Assembly: GCA_910586905.1 (NCBI GenBank)
Contig: CAJUIV010000001.1
Location: 271,400-335,399 of the forward strand
DNA from: an uncultured Christensenellaceae bacterium
GTDB taxonomy: Bacteria > Bacillota > Clostridia > Christensenellales > CAG-314
Length of the DNA stretch: 64,000 nt
Direction: 5' to 3'
Shown: one piece after another, positions 1 to 8,340 of the stretch
Layout: every line of letters starts with the position of its first letter
Numbering within the stretch: the first letter of the stretch is position 1
Made by a program: the position numbers and the translations under genes
The notes under the pieces: generated by a model
The model's database searches: none
Seen by the model: only the letters and a program-made list of their open reading frames with translations
What the model was told of the DNA's origin: nothing

Positions 1-8
1 CTCCCCAT

Positions 9-83
9 TGGTGACTCCTACGAGAATCGAACTCGTGTTACCGCCGTGAAAGGGCGATGTCTTGACCGCTTGACCAAGGAGCC
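9..83 (-). tRNA. tRNA-Glu (anticodon UUC)
   Basis: Reverse complement reads GGCTCCTTGGTCAAGCGG...CCCTTTCACGG...GAGTTCGATTCTCGTAGGAGTCACCA. It has a 7-bp acceptor stem, canonical TTCGATT T-loop, anticodon loop CTTTCAC and an encoded CCA. Confidence 0.9.
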
Positions 84-89
84 GTATTT

Positions 90-166
90 TGGTAGCGGCG
101 GTCGGATTCGAACCAACGACCTGCCGGGTATGAACCGGCCGCTATAACCATCTAAGCTACGCCGCC
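90..166 (-). tRNA. tRNA-Met (anticodon CAU; could instead be the lysidine-modified tRNA-Ile2)
   Basis: Reverse complement reads GGCGGCGTAGCTTAGATGG...GCCGGTTCATACCCGGC...GGTTCGAATCCGACCGCCGCTACCA. Cloverleaf is present, with anticodon loop TTCATAC and an encoded CCA. Confidence 0.85.
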
Positions 167-225
167 ATAGCGCTTTCCCCGACGCCCGAAGGTCTTTTCG
201 CCTCTACGCTGTCAAAAGCCTAATT

Positions 226-254
226 ATCATAACAAAAAAATAAGAGTTTGTCAA
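226..254 (-). promoter_or_regulatory. sigma-A type promoter for the tRNA-Met/tRNA-Glu operon
   Basis: Minus strand reads TTGACA (254..249), a 17-nt spacer, then TATGAT (231..226). It lies about 60 nt upstream of tRNA-Met. Confidence 0.5.
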
Positions 255-325
255 CAAAATAGACAAAAAATTTTTACGTTAGGATATCCGCGTTTTAAGT
301 TGTTAGCATTTATCTAAAATGCATA

Positions 326-354
326 TTGACTTGACGATTTAACGGTGATAAAAT
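326..354 (+). promoter_or_regulatory. putative pullulanase promoter
   Basis: TTGACT (326..331), a 17-nt spacer, then TGaTAAAAT extended -10 (346..354). Confidence 0.4.
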
Positions 355-359
355 ATACA

Positions 360-377
360 GGCAAAACCGATTTTGCA
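360..377. promoter_or_regulatory. palindromic LacI/MalR-type operator candidate
   Basis: GGCAAAACCGATTTTGCA has arms GCAAAA/TTTTGC around a CG-containing centre. It sits just downstream of the putative -10 of the pullulanase gene. Confidence 0.35.
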
Positions 378-407
378 GATATTTATTTTCGTTATTAAAG
401 GAGAGCT

Positions 408-3065
408 ATGAAAAAAATTATTGTCGTATTTTTGATGTTTATTGTGGCGTTGTCTTTGTGTCTTGCCGCGTGCAACCCTCAAGACGACGAGTTCGATACT
501 AGTAAGTATGAAATAGATATGGATATAGGTGAAAATCTCGGCAATTTCGACGATTACGAACTGCCTCGTGAAGACGGAACACGTCAGCTGATAATATATT
601 GGCGGGAAAACAAGCATTCCTATGTCGATAAAGACGTATGGCTCTGGCACGATTTCGATTCCGGACGCGCGTACGAATTTCATCCTTGCGCTTACGGGGC
701 GAAAGCGGTAATAAATGTTGCCGACAATATAGACGAAGTCGGATTCATACTCCGTAAAAACGCAACAACGCATACCGACGTATGGGGAAGCGCCGATAAA
801 GTATACCCGAACGACCGTACGATTCGCATATCAAACGACGTTACGGTAATTTATCTCACCGGCGTAAATCCTTATCAATTTGTCAGCTCGGACGGAGGCA
901 AAACACTTCAGATGGTAAAACAGATTGAAAAAGTATCTATAAGCGAACTTAACGAGATAACGTTTTCGATCGTTCCCGCAACAAAATTTTCGCGCAAAGC
1001 GGATATAAAAGTGTTTTGCGACGGAGAAAAAGTTGCCGTTGCGTCTTTGTTAACTCAAAACAAAACTACCGATAAAGGCGTTGTCCGTTTGCGTCATGAA
1101 GTAGACTTAACCAAAAAATATACCGTGGAAATAAACGGTTTCGGTCAAAAAGAGGTACTGCCTTACGAAGTGTACGACAGTAAAAGTTTCGGAGAAAGAT
1201 ACAATTACGACGGAGATTTGGGCGTAAGTATCGACGGACATACCGCAACTTTTAAAGTTTGGGCGCCTACTGCAAAAAGCGTAGCCGTTAATTTGTATAT
1301 GAACGGCAACGGCGGAGCCTGTTACTTGCAGGAAGAAATGAAGTTGGGAGACAAAGGCGTTTGGTCGGTAAGCGTAGACGACGCTACCGGCAAGTACTAT
1401 ACCTATACGGTAGAAACCGTCGCGGGAATTCAGGAAGCCGTTGACCCTTACGCCAGAAGTACCGGCGTCAACGGAAACAGAGGAATGGTGTTGGATTTGG
1501 AAACCACAAATCCTAAAGGTTTCGAAAACGAACAATACGTCAACTCGGTCAATTCTTATACCGAAGCTATAATATGGGAAACTCACGTGCGCGATTTCAG
1601 CAATCAAATCGCATCTTCGCAGCATAAAGGCAAATATTTGGCCTTTACGGAAACGGGACTAAAAAATTCCGCAGGGATTCCCGTCGGCGTAGACTACGTT
1701 AAAAATTTGGGTGTTACTCATATTCATTTGCTGCCTGTTTTCGATTACAAAACGGTAGACGAAACCAAACTGGATAAGGCTCAATTCAATTGGGGATACG
1801 ACCCGCAAAATTACAACTCGCCCGAGGGTAGTTATTCTTCCGACCCGTATCACGGCGAAGTGCGGGTAAACGAATTTAAACGGATGGTGCAGGCGCTTCA
1901 TGCGCAGGGATTGGGCGTTATTATGGATATGGTTTACAACCATACGGCCGACGCTAACAGTAATCTTAACAAAATAGTACCTAACTATTACTATCGTTAT
2001 AACGACGACGGCTCCAATTCAAACGGTTCCGGCTGCGGAAACGATACCGCTTCCGAACGGTATATGTACCGTAAGTTTATGGTTGACAGCGTTACTTACT
2101 GGGCAAGAGAATACAAAATAGACGGTTTTCGTTTCGACCTTATGGGTTTACACGACGTAGAAACTATGCAAGCTATAGAAAAGGCCGTTCACGCTGTAAA
2201 TCCCAAAGCGATAATATACGGCGAGGCTTGGACTATGGATACGGCTACTAACGTCGATTTGGCAACGCAAAAGAATATAAGCGGTATTACCGCCACGCAA
2301 GGTTCTGCGGGAGCCGTAGCCGTTTTTAACGACGTCATCCGCGACGGATTACGCGGAAGCGTATTTTTGGCTTCCGATGCCGGATATCTTGCCGTTCCTT
2401 CAAAAAATCAATCTAACGTTACGGTAAGTATTGCCGGCTGTGAAGACGATTCTTTCGGTTGGTCGGTAAAAAACGGCGCGGTTATCAATTATATTTCCGC
2501 GCACGATAATCACACTTTGTGGGACAAACTTACTATTTCTGCAAGTAAATACACTGTCGACGAGCGGCTGGCGATGAATCGTATAGGCGCGGCAATCGTT
2601 ATGCTGTCAAAAGGAACGCCGTTTATGCAGTCGGGCGAGGAAATGTTGCGTTCAAAAAAGATTTCCGCAAACAAGTACGACGAAAACAGCTATAAATCCA
2701 GCGACGCGGTTAACAACTTAAAATGGGAAAATCTTACCGAACAGAGCAACGAATATCAAATGATGACTTACTACAAAGGACTTATAGAAATGCGCCGCGC
2801 AAGCAAAGTTCTGACGGCTAACAGCGGCGTTACTATAACCGCTCAAACGGACGGGAACAATATTTCCGTAATTTTCGACGGCGGCTCAAAAGACAAGGTT
2901 GTTGCGGTGATAAACAACACAAAAACCGCGTATGAGTATAATCTTCCGGACGGCGATTGGTCGTTGGTAGCCAACGCTTCTCAAGCGGGAGCCGCGGAAC
3001 TCGTTTCCGCAAACGGACGGGTTACCGTAGACGCGCAATCCGTTTTCGTGTATTTCTCGAAATGA
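408..3065 (+). CDS. pulA: type I pullulanase (GH13 debranching enzyme), lipoprotein
   Basis: 885 aa with an AGGAG SD. Signal peptide ends in lipobox LAAC. GH13 conserved regions are MDMVYNHT, GFRFDLMG, YGEAW and ISAHDNHT. N-terminal carbohydrate-binding-like modules match the pullulanase layout. Confidence 0.9.
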   Translation: MKKIIVVFLMFIVALSLCLAACNPQDDEFDTSKYEIDMDIGENLGNFDDYELPREDGTRQLIIYWRENKHSYVDKDVWLWHDFDSGRAYEFHPCAYGAKAVINVADNIDEVGFILRKNATTHTDVWGSADKVYPNDRTIRISNDVTVIYLTGVNPYQFVSSDGGKTLQMVKQIEKVSISELNEITFSIVPATKFSRKADIKVFCDGEKVAVASLLTQNKTTDKGVVRLRHEVDLTKKYTVEINGFGQKEVLPYEVYDSKSFGERYNYDGDLGVSIDGHTATFKVWAPTAKSVAVNLYMNGNGGACYLQEEMKLGDKGVWSVSVDDATGKYYTYTVETVAGIQEAVDPYARSTGVNGNRGMVLDLETTNPKGFENEQYVNSVNSYTEAIIWETHVRDFSNQIASSQHKGKYLAFTETGLKNSAGIPVGVDYVKNLGVTHIHLLPVFDYKTVDETKLDKAQFNWGYDPQNYNSPEGSYSSDPYHGEVRVNEFKRMVQALHAQGLGVIMDMVYNHTADANSNLNKIVPNYYYRYNDDGSNSNGSGCGNDTASERYMYRKFMVDSVTYWAREYKIDGFRFDLMGLHDVETMQAIEKAVHAVNPKAIIYGEAWTMDTATNVDLATQKNISGITATQGSAGAVAVFNDVIRDGLRGSVFLASDAGYLAVPSKNQSNVTVSIAGCEDDSFGWSVKNGAVINYISAHDNHTLWDKLTISASKYTVDERLAMNRIGAAIVMLSKGTPFMQSGEEMLRSKKISANKYDENSYKSSDAVNNLKWENLTEQSNEYQMMTYYKGLIEMRRASKVLTANSGVTITAQTDGNNISVIFDGGSKDKVVAVINNTKTAYEYNLPDGDWSLVANASQAGAAELVSANGRVTVDAQSVFVYFSK

Positions 3066-3152
3066 AAAGGCGTTTAACGCATTTGAAATTTCAGATATAA
3101 ATTAAATAAATACCCGCCTAAAATTTTTGTATAACAAATTTTCATTTCTGTA

Positions 3153-3180
3153 TTGACAATTATTTTTTATTTGTTATACT
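3153..3180 (+). promoter_or_regulatory. strong sigma-A type promoter with no obvious gene
   Basis: TTGACA (3153..3158), a 16-nt spacer, then TGtTATACT extended -10 (3172..3180). Confidence 0.45.
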
Positions 3181-3186
3181 GATAAA

Positions 3187-3287
3187 GGCAATTGAAAATT
3201 GTTATACGTTCGGTAAAATATTATCGAAATATCTCTCTCTTCATAAAAGGAAAAAAGACGGCGTCGTCGTCTTTTTTCCTTTTTTTA
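3187..3287 (+). ncRNA. candidate ~100-nt small RNA (promoter-to-terminator unit)
   Basis: Bounded by the promoter at 3153..3180 and the intrinsic terminator at 3249..3287. The only ORF (TTG start, 3192) reads straight through the terminator. Confidence 0.3.
3249..3287 (+). terminator. intrinsic terminator
   Basis: 12-bp stem GGAAAAAAGACG / CGTCTTTTTTCC with a 7-nt loop, followed by a T8 run. Confidence 0.7.
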
Positions 3288-3535
3288 TCTAAAAGACTAT
3301 CTGAAATTCAAACTGCTCGATTAAGAATAATAGAAATCGACAAATTGTTTTTATATCGTCCTTTTTTTTATTTATAACGCAATGTGTAGGGTAGTATTTT
3401 TAGTTACTAACCGATTTCTGCGTATTTGGATTGCGCGCTTTCCAAGTTTGATATAAACAAGAATAGAAAAGTTGTTATTTTGACTGGCGTTTGCATATTT
3501 TTGCTATTTATGTCAGACAAAGCGTTATGCCTGGC

Positions 3536-3583
3536 ATACCATATATTGTGTTAAAAGTAAAAAAATAACACAATATATTGTGT
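3536..3583. promoter_or_regulatory. tandem NrdR boxes
   Basis: ATACCATATATTGTGT (3536..3551) and the perfect palindrome ACACAATATATTGTGT (3568..3583) lie 32 bp centre to centre. Both match the NrdR box consensus acaCwAtATaTwGtgt and abut the nrdD -35. Confidence 0.75.
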
Positions 3584-3591
3584 TTGAACTG

Positions 3592-3620
3592 TTGACAATA
3601 ACAATTTACTATTATACAAT
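3592..3620 (+). promoter_or_regulatory. nrdD promoter
   Basis: TTGACA (3592..3597), a 17-nt spacer, then TACAAT (3615..3620). Confidence 0.55.
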
Positions 3621-3690
3621 GAATAGGCATCACAAAATTGCCTGCAAGCGAAAAAAAACGTTTGCGGCGCATTCAATACGGAGGGACAAA

Positions 3691-6054
3691 ATGTATCAAG
3701 TAAGAAAGAGAGACGGTCAAATTATCGAATTTAATCTTTCGAAAATCGCAAAAGCCATAACGGCTGCTTTCGACGCTAAAAACAAACCTTATACGCAAGA
3801 TATTATCGATTTGCTGGCGCTCAAAGTTACGTCCGACTTTATGGATAAAGTGAGCGACGGCGTTGTTTCCGTCGAAGATATCCAAGACAGCGTAGAAACC
3901 GTCCTTATTCAAGCGGGGTACGCCGAAATAGCAAAAGCTTACATTTTGTACCGAAAAAATCACGAAAACGTACGTAACGTAGGCGAGACCATTTTAGACT
4001 ACAAATCGGTGGTGGACAATTATTTAAAAATCGCCGATTGGCGCGTAAAGGAAAACAGTACTGTTACGTATTCGGTAGGCGGATTGATTTTGTCTAACAG
4101 CGGAGCTATCACCGCAAATTATTGGTTAAGTGAAATTTACGACGAGGAAATAGCGGAAGCTCACCGTACCGCGGCGATTCATTTGCACGATTTATCAATG
4201 CTTACAGGCTATTGCGCGGGTTGGTCGCTTAAGCAGCTTATTCAAGAAGGATTGGGCGGCGTTCCCGGAAAAATAACTTCCGCTCCCGCAAAGCATCTTG
4301 CAACTCTTTGCAACCAAATGGTCAACTTCCTGGGAATTATGCAAAACGAATGGGCGGGCGCTCAGGCGTTCAGTTCTTTTGATACGTATCTCGCTCCTTT
4401 TGTAAAAGCGGATAATTTAAGTTACGACCAGGTTAAAAAATGTATCGAGTCGTTTGTTTACGGCGTTAATACGCCAAGCCGCTGGGGAACGCAAGCGCCT
4501 TTTTCGAACATTACGTTGGATTGGACCGTTCCTAACGACCTTGCCGAACTGCATTGCATAATCGGCGGAAAGGAAGCGGATTTCTGTTATAAAGACTGTA
4601 AGAAAGAAATGGATATGGTCAACAAAGCTTTTATCGAAACTATGATAGAAGGCGACTATAACGGACGCGGTTTCCAATATCCTATTCCCACATATTCGAT
4701 AACCAAAGATTTCGACTGGAGCGAAACGGAAAACAACAAACTGTTATTCGAAATGACGGCGAAATACGGAACCCCGTATTTTTCAAACTACATAAACAGC
4801 GATATGGAACCCTCCGACGTACGCAGTATGTGCTGCAGACTGCGTTTGGACTTAAGGGAATTGCGCAAAAAATCAGGCGGATTTTTCGGAAGCGGCGAAA
4901 GTACGGGTTCGGTCGGCGTAGTTACAATCAATATGCCGCGTATAGCTTATTTATCGGCAAACGAAGCGGAATTTTACGCCCGTTTGGATAATCTTATGGA
5001 TATTTCGGCACGTTCGCTTAAAATCAAACGTACTACTATTACGAAGCTTATGGAAGCGGGGCTTTATCCTTATACGAAGCGTTATTTGGGAAATTTCGAC
5101 AATCACTTTTCAACTATCGGATTGGTAGGTATGAACGAAGCGTGCTTAAACGCCAGTTGGCTTGCCTGCGATATGACGCAAGCTAAAGCGCAGCAGTTTA
5201 CGCAAAACGTTTTAAATCATATGCGTGAAAGATTGTCCGACTATCAGGAAAAATACGGCGATTTGTATAACCTCGAAGCCACTCCGGCGGAAAGTACGTC
5301 TTACCGTCTTGCCAAGCACGACCAAAAATTATATCCGGATATGATTTTCGCCAGTAAAAAAGGCGAAACTCCGTACTATACTAACAGCTCTCATCTGCCC
5401 GTAAGCTTTACGAGCGATATATTCGACGCGTTGGATATTCAGGATCAACTTCAAACGCTGTATACTTCCGGTACGGTATTTCACGCGTTTTTGGGCGAGC
5501 GCTTGCCTAACTGGAAGTCTGCGATGAAACTTGTAAGAACGATAGCGGAAAACTACAGACTTCCTTACTATACAATGTCTCCTACGTATTCGGTCTGTCC
5601 CGATCACGGATATATAAAAGGCGAAGTTTACGAGTGTCCGCATTGCCGTCAAAAGACGGAAGTTTACAGCCGTATAACGGGTTATTACCGTCCCATACAA
5701 AACTGGAACGACGGAAAAATGCAGGAATGGCATGAGCGTAAGGAATATACTCCCGCTTCCAGCGTGTTAAAAAAGTGTCTTGTCGCTCAAGAAGTCGAAG
5801 ACCAAAAAGCGCAGATATGCGTCGTAAAACCAATGCTTTTCGTTCAGGATAATTGTCCCAACTGTAAAATGGCGGAAATTATGCTCAATAAGGCTCATAT
5901 GGACTTTGAAGAAGTCAACGCTATGGAACAAGCCGATTTGTCTAAAAAGTTTGACGTTAAATTAACGCCCACGCTTATAGTCGCAAACGGAGACAGCTAT
6001 TCCGTATACGAAAACGCTTCTAACGTACGTAAGTATATCGAAAACAATAAATGA
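3691..6054 (+). CDS. nrdD: anaerobic (class III) ribonucleoside-triphosphate reductase with a C-terminal thioredoxin/NrdH-like domain
   Basis: GGAGGG SD before ATG 3691; the track ORF start at 3580 lies inside the promoter. N-terminal ATP-cone (MYQVRKRDGQIIEFNLSKI). C-terminal Zn site CPDHG...CPHC. Glycyl-radical motif SRITGYYRP (Gly codon 5680..5682). An extra ~75-aa tail carries CPNC (5854..5865) and TPTLIV. Confidence 0.9.
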   Translation: MYQVRKRDGQIIEFNLSKIAKAITAAFDAKNKPYTQDIIDLLALKVTSDFMDKVSDGVVSVEDIQDSVETVLIQAGYAEIAKAYILYRKNHENVRNVGETILDYKSVVDNYLKIADWRVKENSTVTYSVGGLILSNSGAITANYWLSEIYDEEIAEAHRTAAIHLHDLSMLTGYCAGWSLKQLIQEGLGGVPGKITSAPAKHLATLCNQMVNFLGIMQNEWAGAQAFSSFDTYLAPFVKADNLSYDQVKKCIESFVYGVNTPSRWGTQAPFSNITLDWTVPNDLAELHCIIGGKEADFCYKDCKKEMDMVNKAFIETMIEGDYNGRGFQYPIPTYSITKDFDWSETENNKLLFEMTAKYGTPYFSNYINSDMEPSDVRSMCCRLRLDLRELRKKSGGFFGSGESTGSVGVVTINMPRIAYLSANEAEFYARLDNLMDISARSLKIKRTTITKLMEAGLYPYTKRYLGNFDNHFSTIGLVGMNEACLNASWLACDMTQAKAQQFTQNVLNHMRERLSDYQEKYGDLYNLEATPAESTSYRLAKHDQKLYPDMIFASKKGETPYYTNSSHLPVSFTSDIFDALDIQDQLQTLYTSGTVFHAFLGERLPNWKSAMKLVRTIAENYRLPYYTMSPTYSVCPDHGYIKGEVYECPHCRQKTEVYSRITGYYRPIQNWNDGKMQEWHERKEYTPASSVLKKCLVAQEVEDQKAQICVVKPMLFVQDNCPNCKMAEIMLNKAHMDFEEVNAMEQADLSKKFDVKLTPTLIVANGDSYSVYENASNVRKYIENNK

Positions 6055-6061
6055 GGTTTAA

Positions 6062-6967
6062 ATGTACGATATAGTGGTAGTGGGCGGAGGTCCTGCCGGT
6101 CTTACTGCGGCGATGTATGCCGCCCGAGCGGGTAAAAGCGTAATGATTTTGGAGGCTAACGCTTTCGGAGGTCAAATCGCGACTGCGCCTAAAGTCGAAA
6201 ATTTCCCTTCGGTCAAAGAAATTGCCGGAGCGCGTCTTGCGGAAGATATGTTCGAACAGTCGGTATCTCACGGCGTGGAATTCGATATGGGTACGGCTTC
6301 GGTTTTTAAAACGGAACAAGGGTTCAAAATCGAAACGGAATACGCGGCGTATACTGCAAAAGCGGTAATTATCGCTGCGGGAGTATCGCACAAGCGCTTG
6401 GGGCTGGAATCGGAAAATAAGCTGAGCGGTAGCGGCGTTTGTTACTGTGCAGTATGCGACGGAGCTTTTTATAAAGACAAACCCGTATGCGTGGTAGGCG
6501 ACGGTAATTCGGCAGCGCAGTACGCTTTGTATCTTTCGGATATATGCTCTTCCGTTACGTTGCTTACTTTATTCGATAGATTGTTTTGTGATAAGGAACT
6601 GACTGACAGAATACTTGCAAACAAAAAGATAGAATGGGTCAAAAACGTTTCTGTAAAGGATATAGTCGGCGACGACAAGGTTCAAGGAGTAGCCTATCAG
6701 GACAAAGACGGAGCGATAACTTATTTGGATACGGAAGCTGTGTTCGTCGCAATCGGTCAGCAGCCGCATAACGAACGGTTTAAAGATTTGGTTAATCTAG
6801 ACGAGCGCGGATTTATAGTTGCGAAAGAGGATTGTATAACGAGTTGTAAAGGCGTTTTCGCTGCGGGAGACTGCCGAACCAAAAATGTGCGCCAATGCGC
6901 AACGGCTGTGGGCGACGGCGCGATTGCGGGTTTTTCCGCGGCTATGTACGTTGATAATTTAAAATGA
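6062..6967 (+). CDS. trxB: thioredoxin-disulfide reductase
   Basis: 301 aa. FAD motif VVGGGPAGLTAA, redox-active CAVCDG, NADPH motif VVGDGNSAAQ and C-terminal GDC...AVGDG. Confidence 0.9.
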   Translation: MYDIVVVGGGPAGLTAAMYAARAGKSVMILEANAFGGQIATAPKVENFPSVKEIAGARLAEDMFEQSVSHGVEFDMGTASVFKTEQGFKIETEYAAYTAKAVIIAAGVSHKRLGLESENKLSGSGVCYCAVCDGAFYKDKPVCVVGDGNSAAQYALYLSDICSSVTLLTLFDRLFCDKELTDRILANKKIEWVKNVSVKDIVGDDKVQGVAYQDKDGAITYLDTEAVFVAIGQQPHNERFKDLVNLDERGFIVAKEDCITSCKGVFAAGDCRTKNVRQCATAVGDGAIAGFSAAMYVDNLK

Positions 6968-6978
6968 GTTTAAAAACT

Positions 6979-7013
6979 AAAACGGAGCGAAGTGAAAATA
7001 TGTCTCCGTTTTT
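6979..7013 (+). terminator. intrinsic terminator after trxB
   Basis: AAAACGGAG ... CTCCGTTTT hairpin followed by a T-run. Confidence 0.55.
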
Positions 7014-7080
7014 AGCTCGATACGGTTGGAACTTCCGTTATTTGTAAGACTCCGTATGATTTTTAATATTAAATTAAAAA

Positions 7081-7108
7081 AATCCGACGCGAAATTTTGC
7101 GTCGGATT
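7081..7108. terminator. bidirectional hairpin terminator
   Basis: AATCCGACGC / GCGTCGGATT 10-bp stem, flanked by an A-run upstream and a T-rich stretch downstream. It lies between convergent genes. Confidence 0.6.
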
Positions 7109-7132
7109 TGCGTTAACCTCTTAATGATATTT

Positions 7133-8149
7133 TCAGTTGACTTTTATTATTTTAGATTTAAGCAGTAAATCGTCCGGCTGCATTTCGGCAAGAGATTTGT
7201 CCAGAGTTTCGAAATCGATAGTTTCTCCCAGTAATGCGTCTACGTTAACCGTATTTGTAACAAGTAGGTTTATTGCCGAAGAAAAGTTGCCCGCTCCGTT
7301 ATAAACGCCGAACACTTTCAAATGTTTTTCGCATATTTGCGCTACCGATAATTTACTGTCTTTGTTTGAGTATCCCGCAAGACAGATGTTCGCGTTTACC
7401 GCCGCCGCGTCGTAAACGTCGCGCATTCTAAAATCGCTGTCGGAAAAGAATACCAATTCGCTGCACATTCTGCCGCCCGTTACCATAAGAATTTCGTGTT
7501 CGACGTTATTCTTTTCTGGGTTGAAGCAGTAGAAGATGCCCATATCTCTGGCCATATCGAGTAAAGCGTCTACGTTGCTTATAAAAATAGGAACGGCTTG
7601 ATAGTAAGCTACGAGTTGAGCCAACAGCAAACCCGTTTTCGTAGAAGCGAAAATGGCTATGTGTCTGCCTTTTTCCAGATTTAGCGCGTCGACTACGTTT
7701 AAACAAAACGCCACGTACGAAACGTAAAGCGCTTTTTCCGTGGAAAGTTGGTCGGGAAGTTTGTGCAAAAGCGAATACGGTAAATCGATAAAGTTTTGCA
7801 GTAATCCGTTACAGTTATGTCCTAATTCCTGCATATTGGAGCAATTTTGGTAGTCTTCGTCTTTACATTCGCTGCAAGCGTCGCAGGGGATGTAAGGTTC
7901 TATCGCTACTCTGTCCATTTTTTGCAAAAGAGAATTTCCCTTGTCGCCCACGTCCGATACGACGCCGACGGCGTTTCTGCCGAACACAAACGGATAAGTT
8001 CGTTTGCTTTCTCCCGAATAAATATTATAATCGGACTTCGACAACAATATCTCTTCGATTTTGATTTTTACCTTGTTTTCCGAAAGTACCGTAGGGGCAA
8101 ATTCTTGCAAACGCAATTTTTTTGCATCCTCTAAAATCCAGGCTTTCAT
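7133..8149 (-). CDS. medium-chain dehydrogenase/reductase (zinc-ADH/sorbitol-DH fold) family protein with degenerate catalytic motifs
   Basis: GGAGG SD before ATG at 8149. The structural-zinc lobe CDACSECKDEDYQNC is retained. The positions of GxCxSD(H) and GHE read LLSKSDYNIY and FGRNAVG. Confidence 0.75.
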   Translation of the reverse strand: MKAWILEDAKKLRLQEFAPTVLSENKVKIKIEEILLSKSDYNIYSGESKRTYPFVFGRNAVGVVSDVGDKGNSLLQKMDRVAIEPYIPCDACSECKDEDYQNCSNMQELGHNCNGLLQNFIDLPYSLLHKLPDQLSTEKALYVSYVAFCLNVVDALNLEKGRHIAIFASTKTGLLLAQLVAYYQAVPIFISNVDALLDMARDMGIFYCFNPEKNNVEHEILMVTGGRMCSELVFFSDSDFRMRDVYDAAAVNANICLAGYSNKDSKLSVAQICEKHLKVFGVYNGAGNFSSAINLLVTNTVNVDALLGETIDFETLDKSLAEMQPDDLLLKSKIIKVN

Positions 8150-8340
8150 ATAACCTCCAAGATAATTATTGAGCAAGAGCGCAATAATTATTTATATTAT
8201 ACCAAACTATCGCAAAAAAATCTACCCTTTTTTTAACGCATAATTTTTACGTCCTTTTATCACAGCCTATTGACACTTTTTGCATGGGGGTATACAATAC
8301 GTGTTATATGCGTGATAATCGTTAGGGAGGCGTTTTAGTT

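Noticed and set aside
1066-1943. Minus-strand ORFs of 60-172 aa (1066..1248, 1107..1625, 1659..1943) inside the pullulanase gene.
   Set aside because: They are antisense shadow ORFs within a strongly supported GH13 coding frame. They have no SD and low-complexity, Arg/Val-rich products.
3192-3377. 61-aa plus-strand ORF between pulA and nrdD.
   Set aside because: It has a TTG start with a marginal SD and reads straight through a 12-bp-stem/T8 intrinsic terminator. I treated the locus as a possible sRNA instead.
3580-3690. Upstream extension of nrdD offered by the ORF track. The same issue applies to 39150 for the PRTase, 39770 for the acyl-CoA ligase, 35905 for the McrC-like gene, 57891 for PadR, 58924 for MgtC, 8176 for the MDR gene, 46327 for ktrA, 44083 for trkH and 52883 for the immunity candidate.
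   Set aside because: The extensions start inside promoter or operator sequence or lack an SD. In each case an internal ATG preceded by a GGAGG-like SD coincides with the start of the conserved domain.
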